From IMG/VR virus record IMGVR_UViG_3300027796_000194: a DNA stretch of 20,000 bases; one strand, given 5' to 3'. The notes beneath the pieces are model-generated. The model was not told where the DNA came from. It was given only the letters and a program-made list of their open reading frames with translations, and did not search any database. The translations under genes were made by a program, and so were the position numbers. Numbering within the stretch: the first letter of the stretch is position 1; each line of letters starts with the position of its first letter. Shown in pieces: positions 8,370 through 15,383 of the stretch. Origin of the DNA: an uncultured virus (IMG/VR IMGVR_UViG_3300027796_000194). Lineage: Duplodnaviria > Heunggongvirae > Uroviricota > Caudoviricetes.

Positions 8370-9365
8370 TTGAATGTTCTCGATCTCTTCTCAGGCATCG
8401 GCGGATTCTCTCTCGGTCTCGAAGCCGCAGGAATGCGAACCGCCGCTTTTTGCGAGGTTGAACCTTATTGCCGCGCCGTCTTGCGAAAGCACTGGCCGGA
8501 CGTGCCGATCCACAAGGACGTGCGCGCGCTCGACGGCGGGCAATACAGGGGCGCAGTCGAGCTTGTTTGCGGGGGATACCCTTGCCAGCCCTTCAGCATG
8601 GCAGGACGAAGGCGTGGCGAGGAAGATGAAAGACATCTCTGGCCGGAGATGTATCGCCTTGTTCGAGAGATCAGGCCGCGATGGGTCGTTGCCGAAAATG
8701 TTGCTGGACATATTAGCCTCGGCTTCGACGAAGTTGCCTCATCGTTGGAAGCTGAAGGCTTCACCGTCTGGCCGTTTATTGTTCCAGCTTGCGCCGTTGG
8801 CGCGCCGCACAGACGAGACCGCGTGTGGATTGTGGGCCATGCCCAACACAATGGACCATCTTCCGCAGCGGTCGCCGGAAGCACTCTTGCATCAAGCCCA
8901 GACAACGCGGAAAGGACGCACGAGGCCGGCCAATCTATGGGAGCAAGTCAATCCAACGACGATGGCCTTATGGCCAACGCCGGATGTTCGGGGATTCACG
9001 AACGATGGGGCGCTCCTCATGCTGAAGGAGAAATGCCACAGCCGCGAAGAATGGGCGGCGATGGCTTATCGGTCAGGATCGGCGCAGAAGCAGAAGCTTT
9101 GGCCGACGCCAAACGCCAGCGATTGTCGAGACAGGGGGAATCTGAGCCATCCTGTTGTGCAGCGCCGCGCTGCCAAGGGGAAGCAGCTTGGCTTGAGCAT
9201 GGTCGTGTCGGAGAGCAGTGGTCAATTGAACCCAACGTGGGTCGAGTGGCTCATGGGATTCCCAACCGAGTGGAGCGTTTGCGCGCCCTCGGCAATGCCG
9301 TCGTACCGCAAATCCCGTTCCTCATCGGGCAAGCCATTTTGCGATACGAGCAGGAGATGAGCTGA
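8370..9365 (+). CDS. dcm: DNA (cytosine-5)-methyltransferase, alpha-type chain
   Basis: Motif I DLFSGIGG, IV GGYPCQPFS, VI ENV, VIII PHRRDRVWIVG, X RLRALGNAVVP; TTG start. Confidence 0.92.
   Translation: MNVLDLFSGIGGFSLGLEAAGMRTAAFCEVEPYCRAVLRKHWPDVPIHKDVRALDGGQYRGAVELVCGGYPCQPFSMAGRRRGEEDERHLWPEMYRLVREIRPRWVVAENVAGHISLGFDEVASSLEAEGFTVWPFIVPACAVGAPHRRDRVWIVGHAQHNGPSSAAVAGSTLASSPDNAERTHEAGQSMGASQSNDDGLMANAGCSGIHERWGAPHAEGEMPQPRRMGGDGLSVRIGAEAEALADAKRQRLSRQGESEPSCCAAPRCQGEAAWLEHGRVGEQWSIEPNVGRVAHGIPNRVERLRALGNAVVPQIPFLIGQAILRYEQEMS
8374..9360 (+). CDS. Nested +1-frame ORF; putative beta subunit of the C5 methyltransferase (TRD/motif IX)
   Basis: 328 stop-free codons within dcm; three LW(P/A)(T/M)P repeats and C-terminal GQLNPTWVEWLMGFP (motif IX-like). 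Real start may be internal, e.g. ATG 8626. Confidence 0.65.
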   Translation: MFSISSQASADSLSVSKPQECEPPLFARLNLIAAPSCESTGRTCRSTRTCARSTAGNTGAQSSLFAGDTLASPSAWQDEGVARKMKDISGRRCIALFERSGRDGSLPKMLLDILASASTKLPHRWKLKASPSGRLLFQLAPLARRTDETACGLWAMPNTMDHLPQRSPEALLHQAQTTRKGRTRPANLWEQVNPTTMALWPTPDVRGFTNDGALLMLKEKCHSREEWAAMAYRSGSAQKQKLWPTPNASDCRDRGNLSHPVVQRRAAKGKQLGLSMVVSESSGQLNPTWVEWLMGFPTEWSVCAPSAMPSYRKSRSSSGKPFCDTSRR

Positions 9366-9619
9366 TGCACTATCAGCGTTTCTTCGCACTGTGTACTCAT
9401 CTTGATGGCAATCGTATCGTTCCTTCCAATATAGACCCCATAGCAAGTTTACCGCTTGGGGAAGCCAGTGACTTATGCTGTCGCGACTCTTCAGGAAAGG
9501 GTCGCGTTAGCGAAGAGTCCTTTCAGAAGATTCGTTCCTTCCGCAAGAAAATGGCGGAATGGGATCGCGATTACGGCTGGGTTGGCTCCAAGGATTATCA
9601 GGGGAGCCGCCCCAAATGA
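9365..9619 (+). CDS. Small hypothetical protein
   Basis: TGATG overlap with dcm stop and ATGA overlap with the next gene. Confidence 0.55.
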   Translation: MHYQRFFALCTHLDGNRIVPSNIDPIASLPLGEASDLCCRDSSGKGRVSEESFQKIRSFRKKMAEWDRDYGWVGSKDYQGSRPK

Positions 9620-10665
9620 AATTATCCTACCCATGGAGCAAATTCTATTGGAGCGACTGGGAAAACGACCCAGCGCTTCGCGTGTGTTCGCTTAACGCAC
9701 AAGGCCTTTGGATGCGGCTTCTGTGCATCGCGGCAAGATCCATCCCGACCGGGTTCATAGTCATAGCTGGACGACCTTGCTCCTCTACGGACATCGCTCT
9801 TTTGACCGGTGTTGCCGAACAGGAGGTTGAAAGGCTGCTTGATGAGCTTTCCCGAAACGGTGTTTTTTCCCGCGATGTTAAAGGTCGCATTTTTTGCAGG
9901 CGCATGGTGCGCGACACACACATACGAGCCAGATTGCGCAAGAATGGCGCGAAAGGAGGGCAGAGCAGCTATTTGAATCAGAAAGGCATTTTTGCGCCGG
10001 ACGAGCAAACGTCCGAGCAAGGCTCCGAGCAGGAGTCCGAGCCTAAGAAACAAGAGTCAGAAATTCAGAAAAGAATAACCCCCGAAAGCCCCCCTGTGGT
10101 TTTTGACGGCAACGCTGGAGGTGCGTCTTCCGTCGAAAAACGAGGCAGGCCGAAAGCCGTTGTCAGCAACCTTCCGCAGGATTGGTCTTTGCCTGACGAA
10201 TGGCGCGAGACAGCGCTTGAGCGAAATTGGGCAAGCGGGGCAATCAGCAAGCAGGCCGTGAAGTTCAAACAGTATTTTGGATTTGGCAAAGGCAGCGACA
10301 TTCGTCGCAGCGAAAAAGGCTGGCGACAAACGTGGCTCAATTGGCTAGATCGAGCGTTGAAGATTGATCCTAACGCGGCAACCTTTGGTCAAGCGGATAG
10401 CCCAGCAGTGCCTACAAGCTATCCGCCCTTGCCGGAACCCGTGCGCCAAAAATTGCAAGGGCATTTTGTCTTCAACGAAAGTTTCGTTCAGCGATGGTTG
10501 TCGCCTTGTCTCATTGACCTTGAGGCAGGCCGCATCATCGCGCCCTCACGTTTTCACGCCGACTATCTGGAAGGTCGTCATGGAGCGGCGCTGGAACACG
10601 CGCTGGGCCGCCTCCTTACTTTCACCGTCTCCCAAGACATACATACACAGGAAGGCAAGAAATGA
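9616..10665 (+). CDS. Phage replication initiator-like protein with DnaA-N-like C-terminus
   Basis: PWSKFYWSDW..DPALRVCSLNAQGLWMRLLC N-terminus, low-complexity linker, LPQDWSLP..W...WLNW, then FVQRWL...IIAPSRFHADYL. Confidence 0.75.
   Translation: MKLSYPWSKFYWSDWENDPALRVCSLNAQGLWMRLLCIAARSIPTGFIVIAGRPCSSTDIALLTGVAEQEVERLLDELSRNGVFSRDVKGRIFCRRMVRDTHIRARLRKNGAKGGQSSYLNQKGIFAPDEQTSEQGSEQESEPKKQESEIQKRITPESPPVVFDGNAGGASSVEKRGRPKAVVSNLPQDWSLPDEWRETALERNWASGAISKQAVKFKQYFGFGKGSDIRRSEKGWRQTWLNWLDRALKIDPNAATFGQADSPAVPTSYPPLPEPVRQKLQGHFVFNESFVQRWLSPCLIDLEAGRIIAPSRFHADYLEGRHGAALEHALGRLLTFTVSQDIHTQEGKK
10000..10047 (+). repeat. Four imperfect 12-bp tandem repeats, iteron-like
   Basis: GACGAGCAAACG TCCGAGCAAGGC TCCGAGCAGGAG TCCGAGCCTAAG, followed by A-rich sequence. 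Confidence 0.65.
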
Positions 10666-10790
10666 TGGAAAAACAGCCATTCTTGGCAAAATATCTTTCC
10701 ATAATCAACGAAACGGAAAGGTTGATTTGTCATAATAATCACGACACCGAAAAAGTGTCCTGTGGGTCACGGGCGGTGGCTCATGGCTAA
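10662..10790 (+). CDS. 42-aa small ORF absent from the ORF track
   Basis: MMEKQPFLAKYLSIINETERLICHNNHDTEKVSCGSRAVAHG; ATGA overlap upstream and ATGGCTAA overlap downstream. Confidence 0.5.
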   Translation: MMEKQPFLAKYLSIINETERLICHNNHDTEKVSCGSRAVAHG

Positions 10791-11268
10791 AAGGCGCAAG
10801 GCAAAAAGAGGGTTGCCCGTGCGCTTGGGAGAGCGAGCAACAATGGAGCTTCGGACACATTGCGGGGGCGTGATAACGGAAGTCATAGATCGGGATTTGC
10901 GCGGCAACCCGTATATGATTTGTGACCGCGTGCGCATTGAGTGTGCGTTGGATTATTATTTTTGGGATGGGCGTCTGACACCTAGCGAATATGAGGCGGG
11001 GCTAAAGTTTCGTCGCGCTTATCAACGCGCCGTGCTGAGGATCAAGGTTGAAGATCCCGCATCGGGCGGCGCGTATGATCCTGAAATGGCCATGTTGATC
11101 GTGCCCATTAGCGAAGAGGTTTTGCGCGCAGCTTATGGAGAGCTGTCGGACGCGCAAAAGAAAATCGTGATCGACGTGTGCGGTCATAACAAGTATGCGG
11201 GCACAACAGACCGCGTCCAAACACTACATCGCGGCCTTGAAAAACTGGCGACGTTGTGGCGGCTTTAA
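10783..11268 (+). CDS. Putative late-gene regulator (DUF6456-like, in the Q position)
   Basis: ALDYY..GRLTPSEYEAGLKFRRAY...LSDAQKKIVIDVCG...LHRGLEKLA; last gene of the early operon, before a promoter and terminator. Confidence 0.55.
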   Translation: MAKRRKAKRGLPVRLGERATMELRTHCGGVITEVIDRDLRGNPYMICDRVRIECALDYYFWDGRLTPSEYEAGLKFRRAYQRAVLRIKVEDPASGGAYDPEMAMLIVPISEEVLRAAYGELSDAQKKIVIDVCGHNKYAGTTDRVQTLHRGLEKLATLWRL

Positions 11269-11297
11269 TTTTCTTCACATTCCGACAAAAAAAGTTC

Positions 11298-11327
11298 TTG
11301 ACGATCCCACGTTGGAGGGGTAGCAAT
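11298..11327 (+). promoter_or_regulatory. Putative late promoter
   Basis: TTGACG-17-TAGCAA(T) just after the putative late regulator. Confidence 0.45.
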
Positions 11328-11353
11328 TGTGTATCGTTGCGAGACGTGGATCA

Positions 11354-11390
11354 AAGGCCGCCGAAAGATTTTTCAGGCGGCTTTTTTGTT
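11354..11390 (+). terminator. Rho-independent terminator
   Basis: GCCGCC-GAAAGATTTTTCA-GGCGGC followed by TTTTTTGTT. Confidence 0.75.
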
Positions 11391-11445
11391 GGACTTTTTA
11401 CCTGTCCCCGCACTCGTCCACAAAGCTGCAACGTCCTGATCTTCA

Positions 11446-11579
11446 AGGTACTTCCAGCCCGAAAACCTATGCGGGCGGGCGTAGCGCGGGACATCTCTAG
11501 CGTTGGCATAGAAAAAGGGTGGACACTTTTCCAAGCGTGGACAGGTGGACAGCGTCCTTTCGTCCACCCGTAGTGGACA
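11446..11579 (+). other. Putative lambda-like cos packaging site with downstream GTGGACA repeats
   Basis: AGGTACTTCC...TATGCG GGCGGGCGTAG CGCGGG resembles lambda GGGTCCTTTCC...TTACG GGGCGGCGACCT CGCGGG. GTGGACA at 11519, 11537, 11545, 11573; inverted GTCCAC at 11562. Confidence 0.6.
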
Positions 11580-11598
11580 GCCAGAAAGTTGGGACTCC

Positions 11599-12225
11599 AT
11601 GGACACGAAACTCCCACGCATGGCGGAGCGGATTGAGTTTTGGCCCACAACAAAACTTCTGCCTTACGAAAAGAATCCGCGCCTTCACAGCGACGAGCAA
11701 ATCAGCCAGATCGCCGCGAGCTTTATCCGCTTTGGCATGGTGATGCCAATTCTTGTCGATAGCACGGCGGGCGTGATTGCTGGGCACGGGCGGCTTGAAG
11801 CAGCCAAGCTCGTGGGTCTCAAGAAAGTTCCCGTTGTCATTCTCGATGGGTTGAGCGAGGAAGAAAAAAGCGCCTACGTCATCGCCGACAACAAGCTGGC
11901 CGAGAATGCGACATGGGATAAGGAACTTTTGGGCGAGCATGTCGAAGTCCTTATGGCCAAGGATTTTGATATGGGCGTTATCGGTTTTTCTAAAGACGAA
12001 ATTGAGCGGCTTTTAAACGAAGCTCAAGACGATTTAAGCGACGGGTTCGACGGTGGAGAAGCCAACGAACATCAAGAAGAGTCCGACACGCAATGTGTGG
12101 TTGGCTCCTACCGTCTCCCCATCTCCCGCGATGATTATCTGCGCTGGCACGATTCCATTCGCGACGCCGTTGGTTTTGAGAAAGATGCCATCAAAAAAGA
12201 AATTCGGAGGCGGTTGAAGCTATGA
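11599..12225 (+). CDS. ParB/Srx N-terminal domain protein
   Basis: LLPYEKNPRLHSDEQISQIAASF..FG...PILVD..VIAGHGRLEAA...ADNKLAENATWD; start 11599 or 11620. Confidence 0.9.
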   Translation: MDTKLPRMAERIEFWPTTKLLPYEKNPRLHSDEQISQIAASFIRFGMVMPILVDSTAGVIAGHGRLEAAKLVGLKKVPVVILDGLSEEEKSAYVIADNKLAENATWDKELLGEHVEVLMAKDFDMGVIGFSKDEIERLLNEAQDDLSDGFDGGEANEHQEESDTQCVVGSYRLPISRDDYLRWHDSIRDAVGFEKDAIKKEIRRRLKL

Positions 12226-13724
12226 TCGAACTCGTTCCGATTACCGACGTGCGCCCCAGCACCTACAATCCCCGCAAGTCTGATCCCATTCGCCTCAAGA
12301 TTATCGAACTATCCCTTCGCAAACTGGGCTGGCTTCTCCCCATTTATGCCGACAAAGACGGCGAAATCCTTTCCGGCCATCAACGGCACCTTGTCGCGAC
12401 GCGCATGGGCATGAAGGAAGTGCCTGTCTGTTACATCCCGCGCATGACACTGGAAGAGCGTAAAGCCATTAACGTTGCGTTCAATCGCGGTACCAACGAC
12501 ATGCAAAACTCGGATGCGCCTGACACGCTGAAGCAGGCGCTTGAGCAGTGCAACGTTTTTGACATCGCCGCCGAGCTGCCCGATCAAACGGATGGCTGCC
12601 CTTGTTTGAATGTCGAGAAAGTTCCCCTCGCGCCGCTCTTAAAAGCCAACAAGGGCCGTTGGGTTCCGTATGCCCGTAACCTCGCGCAAATGCTTCGCAA
12701 GCGAGGCATTCAAATGCCGATCATTGCGACCCGCGATCACAAAATCATCAACGGCATCGGGCGGCTGGAACTGGCGGCGGATCGCGGTGAAAGCCACGTC
12801 TCGGTGGTTTGGATTACGGACACGCAGGCCGAACTAGCACAAGCCATGTTGAACTTTCTCAGCATGGATTTCGACATCCACACCCGTTATGCCGACTTGC
12901 TCCGTTACAATTCTTTCCGGCGCGTCCGACGTGTGCGCTCCGAATTAGGCTGGGGTTTCATCTTTGCCCATTACAAGAAAACCGCTGTCAAAGAATATGA
13001 CGTGACCGAGCCGAAGAACGCCGAACACTGGAAGCGGCTTTATGGGACTTCGGTGGTGGATTTTGGTGCAGGGCATTTGACTGAAACAAAAATCCTGCGG
13101 TCCATCGGTGTGCGCGTATCAGCCTTTGAGCCTTTTCGTATCGGTGACACGGATGAAATCGACAAGGCAGAGAGCCTGCGCGTCGCGCGCGCCTTTCTGG
13201 CGGACGTTGCGGCGGGCGTGAAATACGACTCTGTTTTTATCTCCTCGGTTCTCAATAGCGTCCCCTTCCGCGAAGACCGCGAACATATCGCCTGCCTGTG
13301 CGCCGCGCTTTGCTGCCCTAGGACGCGGCTTTATGCAGCAGCTTCCTCGCGGGCGCATTCCAACTGGCGCAACGTCGCTGGCGGCAATCAAATCTCCGAA
13401 CGTCGCCTCAAAGAATGTATATTTCGGCTGGAATATGAAGGCGGGATCACGTTGGGTGACTTTCAAGCCAAGCCGAAGGTTCAGAAGTATCATTCGCAGA
13501 AAGAGTTTTACGAACTCTTCAGTCCGTTCTTTGAGCGTGTGCAAGTCGAAGACAAAGCCAACAACGTCACAGCAATTTGCGGTAATCCGTTGCCCGTTGA
13601 CGCGAAGAAACTAAAAGCAGCTATCGCTTTTGAGTTTGATTTACCGTATCCTGATGGCAGCCGCATGGGGTTGGTTGACGAAGCCGTCGCTGCCTATGAA
13701 AAGCGGTTAGGCATGACGTTATGA
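12222..13724 (+). CDS. Tandem ParB-like domains fused to a class I SAM-methyltransferase-like domain
   Basis: YNPRK..PIYADKDGEILSGHQR; second unit MPIIATRDHKIINGIGRL; then VVDFGAG..FEPF..YDSVFISSVLNSVP..DR. Confidence 0.75.
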   Translation: MIELVPITDVRPSTYNPRKSDPIRLKIIELSLRKLGWLLPIYADKDGEILSGHQRHLVATRMGMKEVPVCYIPRMTLEERKAINVAFNRGTNDMQNSDAPDTLKQALEQCNVFDIAAELPDQTDGCPCLNVEKVPLAPLLKANKGRWVPYARNLAQMLRKRGIQMPIIATRDHKIINGIGRLELAADRGESHVSVVWITDTQAELAQAMLNFLSMDFDIHTRYADLLRYNSFRRVRRVRSELGWGFIFAHYKKTAVKEYDVTEPKNAEHWKRLYGTSVVDFGAGHLTETKILRSIGVRVSAFEPFRIGDTDEIDKAESLRVARAFLADVAAGVKYDSVFISSVLNSVPFREDREHIACLCAALCCPRTRLYAAASSRAHSNWRNVAGGNQISERRLKECIFRLEYEGGITLGDFQAKPKVQKYHSQKEFYELFSPFFERVQVEDKANNVTAICGNPLPVDAKKLKAAIAFEFDLPYPDGSRMGLVDEAVAAYEKRLGMTL

Positions 13725-14140
13725 TTATTTTGCTCGATCTGAATTTTACGCTGGTTTCAAACAGCCATGAAAAACTGAAACCCTTCGCTCGTCAGATTGA
13801 AAACGAAACTTACTCCCTCGATCTCCTTAGCCGGATTAAACACGCCACGGTCATTTTGATCACGGCGCGCCCCGCCATGCACAAGGCCGCGACACTCAAA
13901 AGCATCAAAGAAAAGACGGGTTGGAAGCCAGATGCGGCTTACTTCAACGAATGGTTCCTGTACCCACCCGCCTGCAAAAAGAAGATCCTCGAAACCTACG
14001 TTTTCCCGAAATATGGCGCGAACCCTGAAACCTATGTTGCCATCGAAAGCAACCCTTCAACCCGCGCCATGTACGAAGCCTTCGGCATCGTCGCCCTGAC
14101 CAGAGACACGGTTCTCGAAACCTTCAGCCCTAAAAACTGA
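13721..14140 (+). CDS. HAD-superfamily-like protein
   Basis: IILLDLNFTL (motif I variant), LITARP (II), KKK (III), VAIESNP (IV variant); ATGA-coupled. Confidence 0.65.
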   Translation: MIILLDLNFTLVSNSHEKLKPFARQIENETYSLDLLSRIKHATVILITARPAMHKAATLKSIKEKTGWKPDAAYFNEWFLYPPACKKKILETYVFPKYGANPETYVAIESNPSTRAMYEAFGIVALTRDTVLETFSPKN

Positions 14141-14178
14141 TTCCCCAAAACATTTAGAAAGTGAAAGGAGGCTCTGCC

Positions 14179-14844
14179 ATGCAGATCCCGAAAGAATGGA
14201 CGTTTGCCAATAAGGACGTGGCCGAAGGATTTGAGCATCATGTTCGTGAACAATTGCCGTGGTACGATCTTCTAACTTCTGCCGTTTCCTATATTGGACG
14301 GCATTACATTCCCCAAGGCGGCCTTGTCTATGACATCGGAGCCTCGACGGGCAACATTGGCCGCGCTTTGCAATCAACATTAGACACTCGCGGGGCCGAG
14401 CTTATAGCTATCGAAGAAAGCGCAGAGATGGCTGCGCTCTATGACGGCCCCGGATCACTGGCGATCACCAATGCCTTGTCTTTCCCCTACCAGTCCTTTG
14501 ATCTAGCCATTTGCTTTCTGGTGCTGATGTTCTTCCCACCAAGCGAACGCGAAAGGTTCCTTGATCGGCTCAAAGAAAATCTACGCCCCGGTGGCGCAAT
14601 CCTTGTGGTCGATAAATGCGAGGCTGTGCAGGGCTACCCCGCCACCATCCTTTCCCGTATTGCGCTGGCCCATAAAATTGCGGCAGGCGTGAAGCCGGAG
14701 GAGATTATCGCCAAGGAACTAAGCCTGAGCGGCGTTCAAAGACCCATCGATCCCACCATCTTGGGCGACGAAGCCATTCCGTTTTTCCGCTTTGGCGAGT
14801 TCGCAGGATGGATCATCGACTACAACAGCCTGCACAGAACCTGA
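14179..14844 (+). CDS. CmoA-like (carboxy-SAM synthase family) SAM-binding protein
   Basis: WTF..VAEGF.HHVREQLPWY..VYDIGASTG..LMFF..ER..LRPGGAILVVDK..G...EEIIAK..SL follows the CmoA layout; GGAGG upstream of ATG 14179. Confidence 0.75.
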   Translation: MQIPKEWTFANKDVAEGFEHHVREQLPWYDLLTSAVSYIGRHYIPQGGLVYDIGASTGNIGRALQSTLDTRGAELIAIEESAEMAALYDGPGSLAITNALSFPYQSFDLAICFLVLMFFPPSERERFLDRLKENLRPGGAILVVDKCEAVQGYPATILSRIALAHKIAAGVKPEEIIAKELSLSGVQRPIDPTILGDEAIPFFRFGEFAGWIIDYNSLHRT

Positions 14845-14852
14845 AATGAACG

Positions 14853-15383
14853 ATGGGACTTTCAATCCGAGCCTATGCCGCGCATCGGGGATGCTCGAAG
14901 AGTGCCGTGATGAAAGCCGTCTCGCGGGGGCGTATCTCACGCGACCCCGACGGCAAGATTGACCCTGTTCAAGCTGACCGCGAATGGGAGCAAAACAGTG
15001 ATCCGGGGCAAGTGGAGGCGCAAGGTGCGGAAAAACCCGCCCTACAGACGAAACTTAAAGCGAAAGCGGAAAGCGTTGCCGAAGCTTCGTCCAATGAAGG
15101 CCCGACCTATATCCAAAGCCGCGCAATCCGTGAACTGTACGTCGCACGGCTGCGGAAGATGGAATATGAGGAAAAGGCCAGCCGCCTCGTACCCCTCGAC
15201 AAGGTAACGGTTCGCTGGTTCAACCTTGCGCGGCAATTACGCGACCAGCTTATCGCCATTCCCAATCGCATTGACGCCATTCTTGCCGCCGAGGCCGACC
15301 GCTTCAAGGTCAATCAGCTTTTGACCGAGGAGATTACGCGTGTGCTCGAAGAATTCGCCAAGTCCGATCCGGCCAATCTCTGA
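14853..15383 (+). CDS. Terminase small subunit (Nu1-like, N-terminal HTH)
   Basis: MGLSIRAYAAHRGCSKSAVMKAV..GRI; C-terminal LRDQLIAIPNR; TGATG-coupled to TerL. Confidence 0.8.
   Translation: MGLSIRAYAAHRGCSKSAVMKAVSRGRISRDPDGKIDPVQADREWEQNSDPGQVEAQGAEKPALQTKLKAKAESVAEASSNEGPTYIQSRAIRELYVARLRKMEYEEKASRLVPLDKVTVRWFNLARQLRDQLIAIPNRIDAILAAEADRFKVNQLLTEEITRVLEEFAKSDPANL

Noticed and set aside
11519..11606. GTGGACA repeats as a CRISPR array
   Set aside because: Only 7 bp, irregularly spaced and in both orientations; no cas genes.
8370..13724. Restriction-modification or Dnd/BREX-type defence system
   Set aside because: No restriction nuclease, Dnd/Ssp or ATPase genes recognised; the context is phage replication and packaging.
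11599..13724. ParABS partition system
   Set aside because: No ParA ATPase and no ParB HTH/dimerisation region evident; these are phage-type ParB/Srx domains.
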